Shown here piece after piece: positions 23,271 to 31,781 of a DNA stretch of 64,000 nucleotides. Origin of the DNA: a virus; IMG/VR virus record IMGVR_UViG_3300020157_000001, positions 1 to 64,000 of that record; one strand, given 5' to 3'. Position 1 is the stretch's first letter. Every line of letters begins with the position of its first letter. The notes beneath the pieces were generated by a model that was not told where the DNA came from, did no database searches, and saw only the letters and a program-made list of their open reading frames with translations. The position numbers were made by a program, and so were the translations under genes.

Positions 23271-24356
23271 TCACTTGGCTCTTGGCTTGGACTTCTTTAC
23301 CGGCTTACCTGCTGGGCCACCTTTGGGGGCACCCTTTACTTCTCGGGTAAGAGGCTTAGTGAGATTCTTCTTACCGCTAGGAGACTTGATATCGTTCTCT
23401 GGAGTCAACTTAGAATCCTTCTTACCGGCATTAGCCCCCATACCACTACGAGGTGCCTCGTATGGAAGTTTACCACCAGTGTTACTATTTGCAAGATTCG
23501 TCTGGGCATCAGTAAGTGGTCGGAGAGCGTGTATAGCAAACCTAGCATCTGCTCTGGCTGTAGCAGTCTGCTGGTCTCGGTTACGCTGGGTGCGCTCCAT
23601 GGGGGTCATACCCTGTGACTGAATGGGGGCCGTTCCCTGCGCCCGTACTGTCCCCGGCCCCTGAGCATATGCGTTAGGAGCGTTTGTAACATCAGTTGAG
23701 CTAGCGTCGATAACTGGACCTGATCCACGTGCAGGACGCTGCTGCTGAGCGGGGGAGGAAGGCTCTCGACTTGACCATTGTGCAGGTCCGGTGTTCTCAT
23801 ACGCTGCCATACGCTTAGCGTCCATACCAGCCTGAGTAGAAGCCCTACGGGGACGGGTAGTAGAGGTGGCATCTATAGAGCCGGGGAACTGCTGACCTAT
23901 TGCTTTCGGCATACCCACTGTGCGAGGGTTCTCGGGGCTTCCAGCGAGTGGTCCAGCACCAAGACCAAGGGGAAGGTCCCCAGTGTTCTCAATAGCTCCT
24001 GAAGGCTGCGGTCCCATACCTATGCCAATGCGTGTAGGACCGGGACCTAGTGCTTTAGGGGGATTGTTCTTGATAAGAGGGGGAGCGACCATGACTGGAC
24101 CTTGGAGACGACCGGGAGGTTCAGGTTTTGCTTTCTTAGCACGACCTAGGAACGCCCCAGCCATATCTCCTGCGATATCAGAAAGCTGCCCCATATCCTG
24201 AAATGGTATACGAGGACCTGTGGCCCCCTTACCGTAGATACTGCGGTACATACCAGAACGAGCAACCGGCACTTCTGGTGCAGCTAGTCGTTTTGGATTT
24301 GATATCTCGCCAATCCATGCTTTAGGAGCTTTTGGAACAGGAACGTAGCTAGCCAT
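23271..24356 (-). CDS. Basic Pro/Gly-rich disordered protein
   Basis: 361-aa ORF, Lys-rich C-terminus. Confidence 0.7.
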   Translation of the reverse strand: MASYVPVPKAPKAWIGEISNPKRLAAPEVPVARSGMYRSIYGKGATGPRIPFQDMGQLSDIAGDMAGAFLGRAKKAKPEPPGRLQGPVMVAPPLIKNNPPKALGPGPTRIGIGMGPQPSGAIENTGDLPLGLGAGPLAGSPENPRTVGMPKAIGQQFPGSIDATSTTRPRRASTQAGMDAKRMAAYENTGPAQWSSREPSSPAQQQRPARGSGPVIDASSTDVTNAPNAYAQGPGTVRAQGTAPIQSQGMTPMERTQRNRDQQTATARADARFAIHALRPLTDAQTNLANSNTGGKLPYEAPRSGMGANAGKKDSKLTPENDIKSPSGKKNLTKPLTREVKGAPKGGPAGKPVKKSKPRAK

Positions 24357-24357
24357 A

Positions 24358-24735
24358 TCAACCTATCTGCGTCTGTGTTGAGGTATGGGGGGTTCCCGCC
24401 ATACCTTCGGCTATCGGACCACGCTGTACCTGCATACCAGACTGCCACGAACGATACGTGGGGGTATATCGGTCTACGTTTAGAACTGCTCCGATAGTCC
24501 AAGTCTGACGACGACCCTTCCTAGAAGGGAACAATTCTTGGCCTACAATGGCTGCGGGGCGCATCTCCCGCAGCCACTTGGCAGGGACAGTAGCGGTGTT
24601 GAGAGCCTGCGTCACAATCATCTCTGCACGTGACGAGAATGGATTGGGAGCGTTGGTGAACTCAGGAGGGTTAATGGCTTGTGGGGAGTTACGCAGCGTA
24701 TTACGGGGAGATCCCCCCATTGATTCGTTGGCCAT
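24358..24735 (-). CDS. Hypothetical protein
   Basis: GGAGG RBS, fits the operon. Confidence 0.7.
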   Translation of the reverse strand: MANESMGGSPRNTLRNSPQAINPPEFTNAPNPFSSRAEMIVTQALNTATVPAKWLREMRPAAIVGQELFPSRKGRRQTWTIGAVLNVDRYTPTYRSWQSGMQVQRGPIAEGMAGTPHTSTQTQIG

Positions 24736-24738
24736 TAC

Positions 24739-25170
24739 TCACCTCCAGCTTGGTATCAGCGTACGTAGTCTACTACGCCTCTGCTCATCTATAAGCTCCA
24801 TATGGGGTCTATCAACAACAGTTGGAACGCCTTTCGGCCCAGCTTTACCATCGTTTGTAAGCATCATAGGGGCGATGCCTGAGGGGGCGAACTTCTTACC
24901 CTTAGCTTCGTATTGGAGACCAGTCATTGGGTTGAACTCATCTGGCCAGAAGTAGTCCCCCGGATTGACTCGTTCACCTTTATGCACACCACGGCTATAT
25001 GAGCGGGTATTGGTACGCATACTGCCGAGCTTGTCATCACGACGGTCAGTCATAGTGCCCAAGTAACCGTCAGGGTACTGAGCCTCTGGAGTCACAGCAA
25101 ACTGCTGCATCTTCTGGTCTTTGGCGCTACGGAACGACGGCATGGGACCAAGATCCACCTGCGTGGACAT
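24739..25170 (-). CDS. Hypothetical protein (YPDGYLG...RGVHKGER motif)
   Basis: Conserved-looking motif; the frame stays open upstream to at least 25221. Confidence 0.7.
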   Translation of the reverse strand: MSTQVDLGPMPSFRSAKDQKMQQFAVTPEAQYPDGYLGTMTDRRDDKLGSMRTNTRSYSRGVHKGERVNPGDYFWPDEFNPMTGLQYEAKGKKFAPSGIAPMMLTNDGKAGPKGVPTVVDRPHMELIDEQRRSRLRTLIPSWR

Positions 25171-25217
25171 GCGGGATTGAGGGTCGTATGCTCCCCAGCT
25201 ATTGAATGTTTGCTGAT

Positions 25218-25379
25218 TTATGGCGATGGGGGGCCTCCCTGACCTGCGAGGAACGATATGAGAGTGCCTTCACGCCCCCCACCTATTGATGAAACAGGCT
25301 TAGGAGCATTCTTCTTAGCTTTTTCTGCCGCCATACGGTGAGGGGTACGATATGTATCGCCTGTGATTACCAGCGGCAT
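25218..25379 (-). CDS. Small basic hypothetical protein
   Basis: GGTGA RBS, ATG at 25379. Confidence 0.5.
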   Translation of the reverse strand: MPLVITGDTYRTPHRMAAEKAKKNAPKPVSSIGGGREGTLISFLAGQGGPPSP

Positions 25380-25383
25380 AATG

Positions 25384-25536
25384 TCACCATTGATCCTTTG
25401 GATGAGATGCGTGAAACGGTTCAAAGTTCTCTTTAGTGCAAACCTTCTTGAACCGATCAGGCACAAGGTACTCCCAGTTGTCTTCCTCCTCGATATCAGA
25501 GTTGATATGTCGGTATTCGCCTTGCTTTGAGGTCAT
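25384..25536 (-). CDS. Small hypothetical protein (50 aa)
   Basis: MTSKQGEYRHINSDIEEEDNWEYL...; fills an operon gap. Confidence 0.45.
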   Translation of the reverse strand: MTSKQGEYRHINSDIEEEDNWEYLVPDRFKKVCTKENFEPFHASHPKDQW

Positions 25537-25542
25537 TTGAGG

Positions 25543-27156
25543 TTATGCCTTCTTACTTCTTTTGCTTGGAGCCTTGGCGGCTGGCTTTCCCCCACGCATT
25601 GCGGCCTGAAGTCGGGCGGCATCTTTGCTTCTCTCAGCCTCAGCGTACGTTGATGCGTCAGTCTTCTTGGCAGCGGGCTTGGCAGTGGATTTAGCAGCGG
25701 ACTTGGCTGGTGCCCGCTTAGATGCCGCCTTGCCACGAATCTTAGGAGCAGTTGAGGCAGGGTCATTCTCATCACCAGAGACGTACGGGATACGCTTGGG
25801 CGGCGCTGAGGTCTTACCCTTAGGGGCTTCATCAGGCTTTCTTGGATCAAGTATTCCTTCCCCCTTCTTAGGACGAGATTCTGGCGCAGTAGATGTTCCC
25901 GGCTTCCGCTGCAACTCAGCGATACGCGCTGCTTCAGCGATACGAGCTGATGCGGTTTCATGGGTAGAAGTTGGATATGCGGACATATCAGGAGCAGAGA
26001 TGGTGCTGCCTAGGTCGTAAGCGGCACCTGCTGGTCGCTTAACCTTGATTGGCTCAGACTTGATAGGGCCAGTAGGTGGCTTTTTGAGGCCGTCCTTGCC
26101 CTTGCGTCCCTTGACCTTGCTCTCGTTCACCTCGCCTTCACGGGTCCGAGTGACTTTATCTTTTAGCTTCGATACGACGGGCTTACGACCACCGGCTGGC
26201 TTCATTACGCTACCCATAGACTTAAGAACAGACTCGTTAACATCAATAAGTTGCGATGCTTGCTCTGGCATTTCAAAGAACTCTCCAACGGAGCCATGTG
26301 GCATGATAGGTCCCCTGCCCGTCATACCAGCCTCATGGAAGTACTTACCAGTACTAATTTGTGATGGACCTTTAACCCTGCTCTCTCTGCGAGTTTCGGG
26401 CCTGCGCTGTTCCAATGCGCGTTGAAAATCAGGAGAGGCGGGCTGACCAACAGAAGTTCGTGGTGCTCCGGGGTCCGTACGACCGCCCTCAGAACCAGTA
26501 CCTTCTTTTCGGTCAGTATACGGATGACGTTGAGCGAAAGGAGGACCGCCCTGCGAGTATCCATTAAACTTTGGTCTGGTGGTATTGTACGCAGCACCGG
26601 CGTTATGATCCCGATCATCTTTTGATGAGGATTTTGTATTGGGCTTGTACCCCCCTTGACCTTCGTACTTCCCTCCGGGTGCGTAATCCCCTGTACGTTC
26701 GATGCGCGCAGCTTCCTTGCGGTGAGTATCGAACGATGAAGTCTTAACCTCAACGCCAGCTTTTGTACGGGTGTTACCTATACGCCCCTGCATTTCATAC
26801 CCACGCGCGAGGGCAACACCAAGTTCCCTCTTGTTGTATGGGTCTACCCGCTGGGGTCCACCTGTCTCACGTGGAATGATATGGCCAACTGGACGAGATG
26901 CACGGTCAGCCTTACCCTGTGCGCGACGAGCTTCATCAGCTTTACGTGCGTTTAGAGCAACTGAGGCATCTGGAACGGTATTCACAGGCATTGGGCCGCG
27001 AGCAGCATTGCCCCGAGCACCAGTAGAGGGTAGACTACGGTGAGTATCCCCTGCTTTTGGATAAAGGGAACCGAGCGAGTTACCCAAGCGATCGTTTACA
27101 CGATCACCAAAGGAACTGCGGGCTGGATGGGAACTGGTGTCTTCACCACGTGCCAT
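25543..27156 (-). CDS. Large basic disordered protein with histone-H1-like Lys/Ala tail
   Basis: AGGAG RBS; KAASKRAPAKSAAKSTAKPAAKK. Confidence 0.75.
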   Translation of the reverse strand: MARGEDTSSHPARSSFGDRVNDRLGNSLGSLYPKAGDTHRSLPSTGARGNAARGPMPVNTVPDASVALNARKADEARRAQGKADRASRPVGHIIPRETGGPQRVDPYNKRELGVALARGYEMQGRIGNTRTKAGVEVKTSSFDTHRKEAARIERTGDYAPGGKYEGQGGYKPNTKSSSKDDRDHNAGAAYNTTRPKFNGYSQGGPPFAQRHPYTDRKEGTGSEGGRTDPGAPRTSVGQPASPDFQRALEQRRPETRRESRVKGPSQISTGKYFHEAGMTGRGPIMPHGSVGEFFEMPEQASQLIDVNESVLKSMGSVMKPAGGRKPVVSKLKDKVTRTREGEVNESKVKGRKGKDGLKKPPTGPIKSEPIKVKRPAGAAYDLGSTISAPDMSAYPTSTHETASARIAEAARIAELQRKPGTSTAPESRPKKGEGILDPRKPDEAPKGKTSAPPKRIPYVSGDENDPASTAPKIRGKAASKRAPAKSAAKSTAKPAAKKTDASTYAEAERSKDAARLQAAMRGGKPAAKAPSKRSKKA

Positions 27157-27204
27157 TATAAACTCCTAGAAGGTGTTAGATATGAAATAATCATAGCATA
27201 GGTA

Positions 27205-27486
27205 TCAACGGATGACAGGTTTGATGGAGATAGCAGAGATAGTATCCCCAGTCTCCCCTTCTACGTCATCAAACCCTATAACGAATAGGAGATCTATGCC
27301 TCGGGGGGCGACGAAGCCACGTGCAATAGCACATGCTTTAGCTGCTTGGTTGACTGCACTAGCGCCAATGGCACGGAGCTTGGGGGTTTGCCCAGCTACA
27401 ACGGCCCTTGCGAGAATGCTTCCAACACTTTGCGGGTTACTAGATCCGCCAACACGGATCATGTCATCAGACGGTTCGATACTCAT
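27205..27486 (-). CDS. spoVS: SpoVS-family (Alba-like) protein
   Basis: RVGGSSNPQSVG...RAIGASAVNQAAKACAIARGFVAPRGIDL. Confidence 0.92.
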   Translation of the reverse strand: MSIEPSDDMIRVGGSSNPQSVGSILARAVVAGQTPKLRAIGASAVNQAAKACAIARGFVAPRGIDLLFVIGFDDVEGETGDTISAISIKPVIR

Positions 27487-27527
27487 TGATACTCCTTAGC
27501 AAACGACTTATATCGCTTCTAAGCCTA

Positions 27528-27902
27528 TCAGAGGTATCCTGCGTCTTTTAGGAGATCAGCTAGATCTTCCAATCTAAGTAACGCATACGTATTACCTAGG
27601 GTTTTAGTACCTACGCCGGGGCGCTTGAACACCACTACGGGAAGGGCGTTTCCCCCTACCTTAGTCATAGCAGCCTGCGTAACAGCATCATTTAGCCAGC
27701 CAGATAGGTGGAATGTCTTGTGGTTCTTGCACTGTATAATAGATTGTCTATGGGGTGCTTTGATACCGTTGATATCACCGCTATCCAGCGCACCACTTGT
27801 GGCAGGGCGGTAGGCATTACCGAAGCCCTTTTCCTTGAGGAAGTCAACTACCTGAGTCTCAAAGGTCGTGCCCTTGGCCTTCATACGGTTTCCTGAACTC
27901 AC
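27528..27902 (-). CDS. Holliday junction resolvase (Hjc-like PD-(D/E)xK)
   Basis: KGTTFETQV...DSGDI...IQCKN...W...PVVVFKR. Confidence 0.8.
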   Translation of the reverse strand: MSSGNRMKAKGTTFETQVVDFLKEKGFGNAYRPATSGALDSGDINGIKAPHRQSIIQCKNHKTFHLSGWLNDAVTQAAMTKVGGNALPVVVFKRPGVGTKTLGNTYALLRLEDLADLLKDAGYL

Positions 27903-28279
27903 GCAGTAGCCACCATGAAAGGGACTCCATGTCCTGCTGCGATAATGCGCTGAGACAGACTGAGGGATGCGTGATCCTGAGCAGGCCAAATGTTGGCTAG
28001 CCAGCGACCGAACGAGTCTGCCTTGGCTGTCTCAATGTACAGAGGCCAAGGTGAGCCGTCGTCCCACGACCGGATCATAGCGTCGGTGAAGTTCATAGCC
28101 GCCACTCCTGCAACATGAGAGGCGGTGCGATGAACCTCGGGGCAGTTGACCCCCAGCAGACGCATATGGTCGGTACGAGTGGTACCAAACCCTGTGTCTA
28201 CGACAAGCTCAACGGTGTCCCCGTCTACTACTCGTACGAACTTAGCTGGGTAACGATAAAAGAACGGTGCTGTAGCCAT
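27899..28279 (-). CDS. Thermonuclease (SNase-like)
   Basis: RVVDGDT...RLLGVNCPE...DSFGRWLA. Confidence 0.9.
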   Translation of the reverse strand: MATAPFFYRYPAKFVRVVDGDTVELVVDTGFGTTRTDHMRLLGVNCPEVHRTASHVAGVAAMNFTDAMIRSWDDGSPWPLYIETAKADSFGRWLANIWPAQDHASLSLSQRIIAAGHGVPFMVATA

Positions 28280-28551
28280 TACGGAAGTCTACTATCCAAG
28301 ATATGGCCGATGTATGCGAATCCCTCCATCATGGTAATCAAATCATGGAGTTGCTTGGGGTCAAGATTCTTCCAACTGCCCTTGCTATCTTTGTCAACAG
28401 ATGGCAGCATCTGTGCAAGTTCGTACCGCTCGTCATCATTAAGACCTATATCAGTAGCCATACTAAAGGCTTTGCGTAGCCTGTTCTGGCGCTTCTCTTC
28501 AATGATATTCTCGGAATCCTCTGGGAGGGGGCCTCTTACTATGTTTCTCAT
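28279..28551 (-). CDS. Hypothetical protein
   Basis: ATGA and TAATG overlaps. Confidence 0.65.
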   Translation of the reverse strand: MRNIVRGPLPEDSENIIEEKRQNRLRKAFSMATDIGLNDDERYELAQMLPSVDKDSKGSWKNLDPKQLHDLITMMEGFAYIGHILDSRLP

Positions 28552-29435
28552 ACCGGCTTCCAACATGAAGTCTTGTAGGGACAGTACTTACAGGTATCGC
28601 ATGTCTTATGCGTGGCCGATGCGGGCCTATCTGGAGTGGTTTTAGTGTGGAGGGCAGAAATTACTTCGACCGCTCCTACAAGTATGCCATTTACTAGGTT
28701 GGGGTCGAACTTGATGGAGAACTCTTTGATGTCCTGCGTTGGCTTCCACTCGTAGATAACAACAGCATCGTGTACGCCAAAGCAGTACATGTAGAGCTGG
28801 ATCTGACGGTTGTGAGAAGCAAGGGGGCGCTTGATGCGCTTCCATAGTTCGTCTAACCCAATCAAACCATCTGAGTAGGGCTTGTACAGGGCGGGGGCAT
28901 CCATACGGATCGTACCTAGTCCTACGCTCTTGATCTCTACGAGGGCTTGCCCTTTGTCGTCTTCGATAAGACCATCCGCATGACCCATAATCATATGCTC
29001 TTCGTTACGGATAGGAATCTCTGCGTATACGAGGTCCATCTCGTAGCATGAAGGGCAGCGATCAGGGGACTTAGCCCACCACTTGTGGGAGCACCGCTTA
29101 CACTTCCAGTCCCCTACGAGCATCCCCGTCTTGTACATCCAGTGCTGCCACTTGGCATGGATGGAATGCCCCTCCTCAAAGATGTTCAGCCGTTGGAAGC
29201 TGAACGAGTCAGGATCACTTACCTCGGTGTCGGTGATCTTGAAGTAAGACTGACGGGGGCACCAGTTCTCCTTAGCCATTTCGGATGGGTGGAGGTGGAC
29301 GGTATCACGCTGGGCATTACGCTCTGCCGAATCATAGAGCAGCACACGTTCGATAACTCCAAGAAGGCGACGCTCTGCCGTAGAAGACAGCATCTCCTTG
29401 TAGGTCTTAAGGTACCAAGGGATTGTGTCGCTCAT
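28548..29435 (-). CDS. Cas4/RecB-like PD-(D/E)xK exonuclease with Cys cluster
   Basis: HPSE...CPR...GHSIH...GHADG...VEIKS...QIQLY...CKYCPYKTSC. Confidence 0.88.
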   Translation of the reverse strand: MSDTIPWYLKTYKEMLSSTAERRLLGVIERVLLYDSAERNAQRDTVHLHPSEMAKENWCPRQSYFKITDTEVSDPDSFSFQRLNIFEEGHSIHAKWQHWMYKTGMLVGDWKCKRCSHKWWAKSPDRCPSCYEMDLVYAEIPIRNEEHMIMGHADGLIEDDKGQALVEIKSVGLGTIRMDAPALYKPYSDGLIGLDELWKRIKRPLASHNRQIQLYMYCFGVHDAVVIYEWKPTQDIKEFSIKFDPNLVNGILVGAVEVISALHTKTTPDRPASATHKTCDTCKYCPYKTSCWKPV

Positions 29436-29752
29436 TCGATGCCAGCTATCTCTAAGAAGTCGTCTTCCAGTAAGACTACATAGTTGTGACCACCCAAGTC
29501 AAACTGGAGAACAGGAATCCTGCTCGACGCGATGGCGTTCTTGGTTAAATCACGCAAGTCAAGGGCTTTAACGCTATATGACTTGGCGTTGATATCCATC
29601 TTGGTCTTGTTCTCAATAAGGAAGCGCTCGGTAGTCACGTCATTCTTACGTTTCCAGCCAGCTCCAGACATGATGTTTCGGGAGCCGTTGTACTTCTCAG
29701 CAGTGCGCTTCTCTTGAGCGTCTGACTTCTTCTGTACGTCAGTCCTGCTCAT
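29432..29752 (-). CDS. Second resolvase-like PD-(D/E)xK nuclease
   Basis: QEKRTA...SGAGW.RKNDV...LIENK. Confidence 0.65.
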   Translation of the reverse strand: MSRTDVQKKSDAQEKRTAEKYNGSRNIMSGAGWKRKNDVTTERFLIENKTKMDINAKSYSVKALDLRDLTKNAIASSRIPVLQFDLGGHNYVVLLEDDFLEIAGIE

Positions 29753-30845
29753 CTTCGTCCTCATATGCAAGGTCGCTCACGGGGGCGGTCATGGTATCAC
29801 GCTCGGCAACGGCAGCGAAGGCTGACTCCCAGAGGTCACGCTGCAAGTCCAAGTCTTCACGCACGGCAGCAGGGATGATCGTCGTAGCGCAGTCCTTACC
29901 ACGCCACGTGTTCTCCTTAAAGCTGTACGTCGCACCTCGGCGCTCAATGACTCCAAGAGACAGACAGACGTTGACCATATCCTTGATGGTATCGAACTGC
30001 CCCATCTTGAATGCACCGTTCTTGGTATCTGCGAAGTAGAAGTCAACCTGTGCCACCTGCTGTGGACGATAGGTCTTGTTCTTGAAGACTCGGGTCTTGA
30101 TGGTCTGACCCACACGGTCTTCGATGCTGCTACTTTCCTTGATCCACTCGGCATTGGTGACTTCCATGCGAGTGAAGAAGTAATAGTTCTTAGCCTTACC
30201 GCCGGGGGTCGTGCGTGGGTCACCGAACATGACACCGATCTTGTCACGCCACTGGTTGATAGCGATCATCGTACAGCCACGCTCTTCGTCAGTAAGACTA
30301 CGACGCTGTGCCACGGCTGACTTCTTGAAGAATCGACTAAGGATCTGTGCGCCCGTAGCAACCGAAGGTTCGTCCATATCCTTGTTCATCTCGGTGACTG
30401 TCACCATGGCAGGCAGGGAGTCTAGCACGACTAGATCGACGGCACGGTTAGACACGGCCTTGAGCACTAGGTCTAGTGCAGGCTCCATCTCGTTGGTCTC
30501 AATGACCCACATGCGATCAAGGTCTACCCCGAACGATGATGCGTACGACGGGACGTACTCCTCGGCAGCTACCCATAAGGCAATGAAGTTGGGGTCTAGT
30601 GCTTGGTTGGCAGCGATGGTCTTGTAGCAGAGGGCGGTCTTACCGCTGCTCTCTAGTCCAACGATCTCATTCCATTGGTTCTTAGCCCAGCCCCCACCAA
30701 GGGCAAGGTCATAAGCAAGGATGCCTGTGGTGAGATGAGGCACTTCTTGCCTAGCCTCTGATCCTAAGATCAGGATGGGGGCCTTCATCTTCTTGTTGAT
30801 ATCGGATGCTAGCTCTTGTAACGTCCTGAAACGGTCGTCAGCCAT
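29739..30845 (-). CDS. recA: RecA-family recombinase
   Basis: DLALGGG, GLESSGKT, LVVLDSL, INQWRDKIGVMFGDPRTTPGGKA. Confidence 0.95.
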   Translation of the reverse strand: MADDRFRTLQELASDINKKMKAPILILGSEARQEVPHLTTGILAYDLALGGGWAKNQWNEIVGLESSGKTALCYKTIAANQALDPNFIALWVAAEEYVPSYASSFGVDLDRMWVIETNEMEPALDLVLKAVSNRAVDLVVLDSLPAMVTVTEMNKDMDEPSVATGAQILSRFFKKSAVAQRRSLTDEERGCTMIAINQWRDKIGVMFGDPRTTPGGKAKNYYFFTRMEVTNAEWIKESSSIEDRVGQTIKTRVFKNKTYRPQQVAQVDFYFADTKNGAFKMGQFDTIKDMVNVCLSLGVIERRGATYSFKENTWRGKDCATTIIPAAVREDLDLQRDLWESAFAAVAERDTMTAPVSDLAYEDEDEQD

Positions 30846-30913
30846 AGTATTGTTCTCCACTTTATAGTTGTCTTGTGTAATGTCTTGTCTTTTAATGTTC
30901 TTACTACTAACCA

Positions 30914-31312
30914 TTACACCCAGCTAGATTGATCCCCCTGAGTAATTCCATTGGCTTTCCAGCCACACTCAAAGCATCGGGCAGAGGTGCGTGCCGGTGT
31001 TCCCGAATTGAGGTTATGAATGGCTCCGGTGTTGCTCATACCGAACACGTTTCCAGAGCCACAATTAGGACAGGAGTTATGTCCTTCGGAACGCATAGCT
31101 TGCCCACCCTTAACGCCCCAAGTGTTAAGGGCATCAATGAAGGTCTTGGGGATAGTTGGATCGTCTTGAGGAATGGGAACGGGTGACTGCTGCTGATATG
31201 GGGGTTGTTGAGGGGGAGGAGCATAAGGTTGCTGATATGGAAGTTGGTATGGCTGCTGCTGGGGTTGGGGGGTTCCACCCAACTTGCGGCTCCACCAATC
31301 AGAATTGCTCAT
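30914..31312 (-). CDS. Gln/Pro-rich protein with Zn ribbon
   Basis: CPNCGSGN...RCFECG. Confidence 0.7.
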   Translation of the reverse strand: MSNSDWWSRKLGGTPQPQQQPYQLPYQQPYAPPPQQPPYQQQSPVPIPQDDPTIPKTFIDALNTWGVKGGQAMRSEGHNSCPNCGSGNVFGMSNTGAIHNLNSGTPARTSARCFECGWKANGITQGDQSSWV

Positions 31313-31775
31313 AGTCGTCATCCTCATCATCTTCGTAGTCTGGGTCGAAATCCATATAGCCTATATCTTCTTTGTAACTATATTCTAAGGAATCAATTGG
31401 AACTGCTGTCTCAGTATCAGCATCGTATTCTGCTAACACGATGGTAGGAGAGTACGCCAACATGATGAGACCTTCCTCCTGTAGGCGCATAAGTGTAGCA
31501 GCCATAAGGGATACGAAAGCACTATAGGTTGATGACATATGGTCGAGATCCCAATCGGGTTGGCACACAAGATGCGTCATCCAACTAGCAGACTCCTTGG
31601 TGATATCAAGGACTCCTGAGGCGTTGAGTGCCGCCCACCTCCGTAGTACTGCCATGCGCTCAAGGAATACACCTTGGTCATCTGGGGTGCCATACCCGAT
31701 CTTCGCCGCCAACTCCTGTCCGTCGGTAACTGACATGTTGAGTATGAAGTTACGATGGTCAAGCATTTTACCCAT
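31299..31775 (-). CDS. Hypothetical protein with acidic tail
   Basis: Fits the operon between pol and recA. Confidence 0.7.
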   Translation of the reverse strand: MGKMLDHRNFILNMSVTDGQELAAKIGYGTPDDQGVFLERMAVLRRWAALNASGVLDITKESASWMTHLVCQPDWDLDHMSSTYSAFVSLMAATLMRLQEEGLIMLAYSPTIVLAEYDADTETAVPIDSLEYSYKEDIGYMDFDPDYEDDEDDDYEQF

Positions 31776-31781
31776 ATGGAA

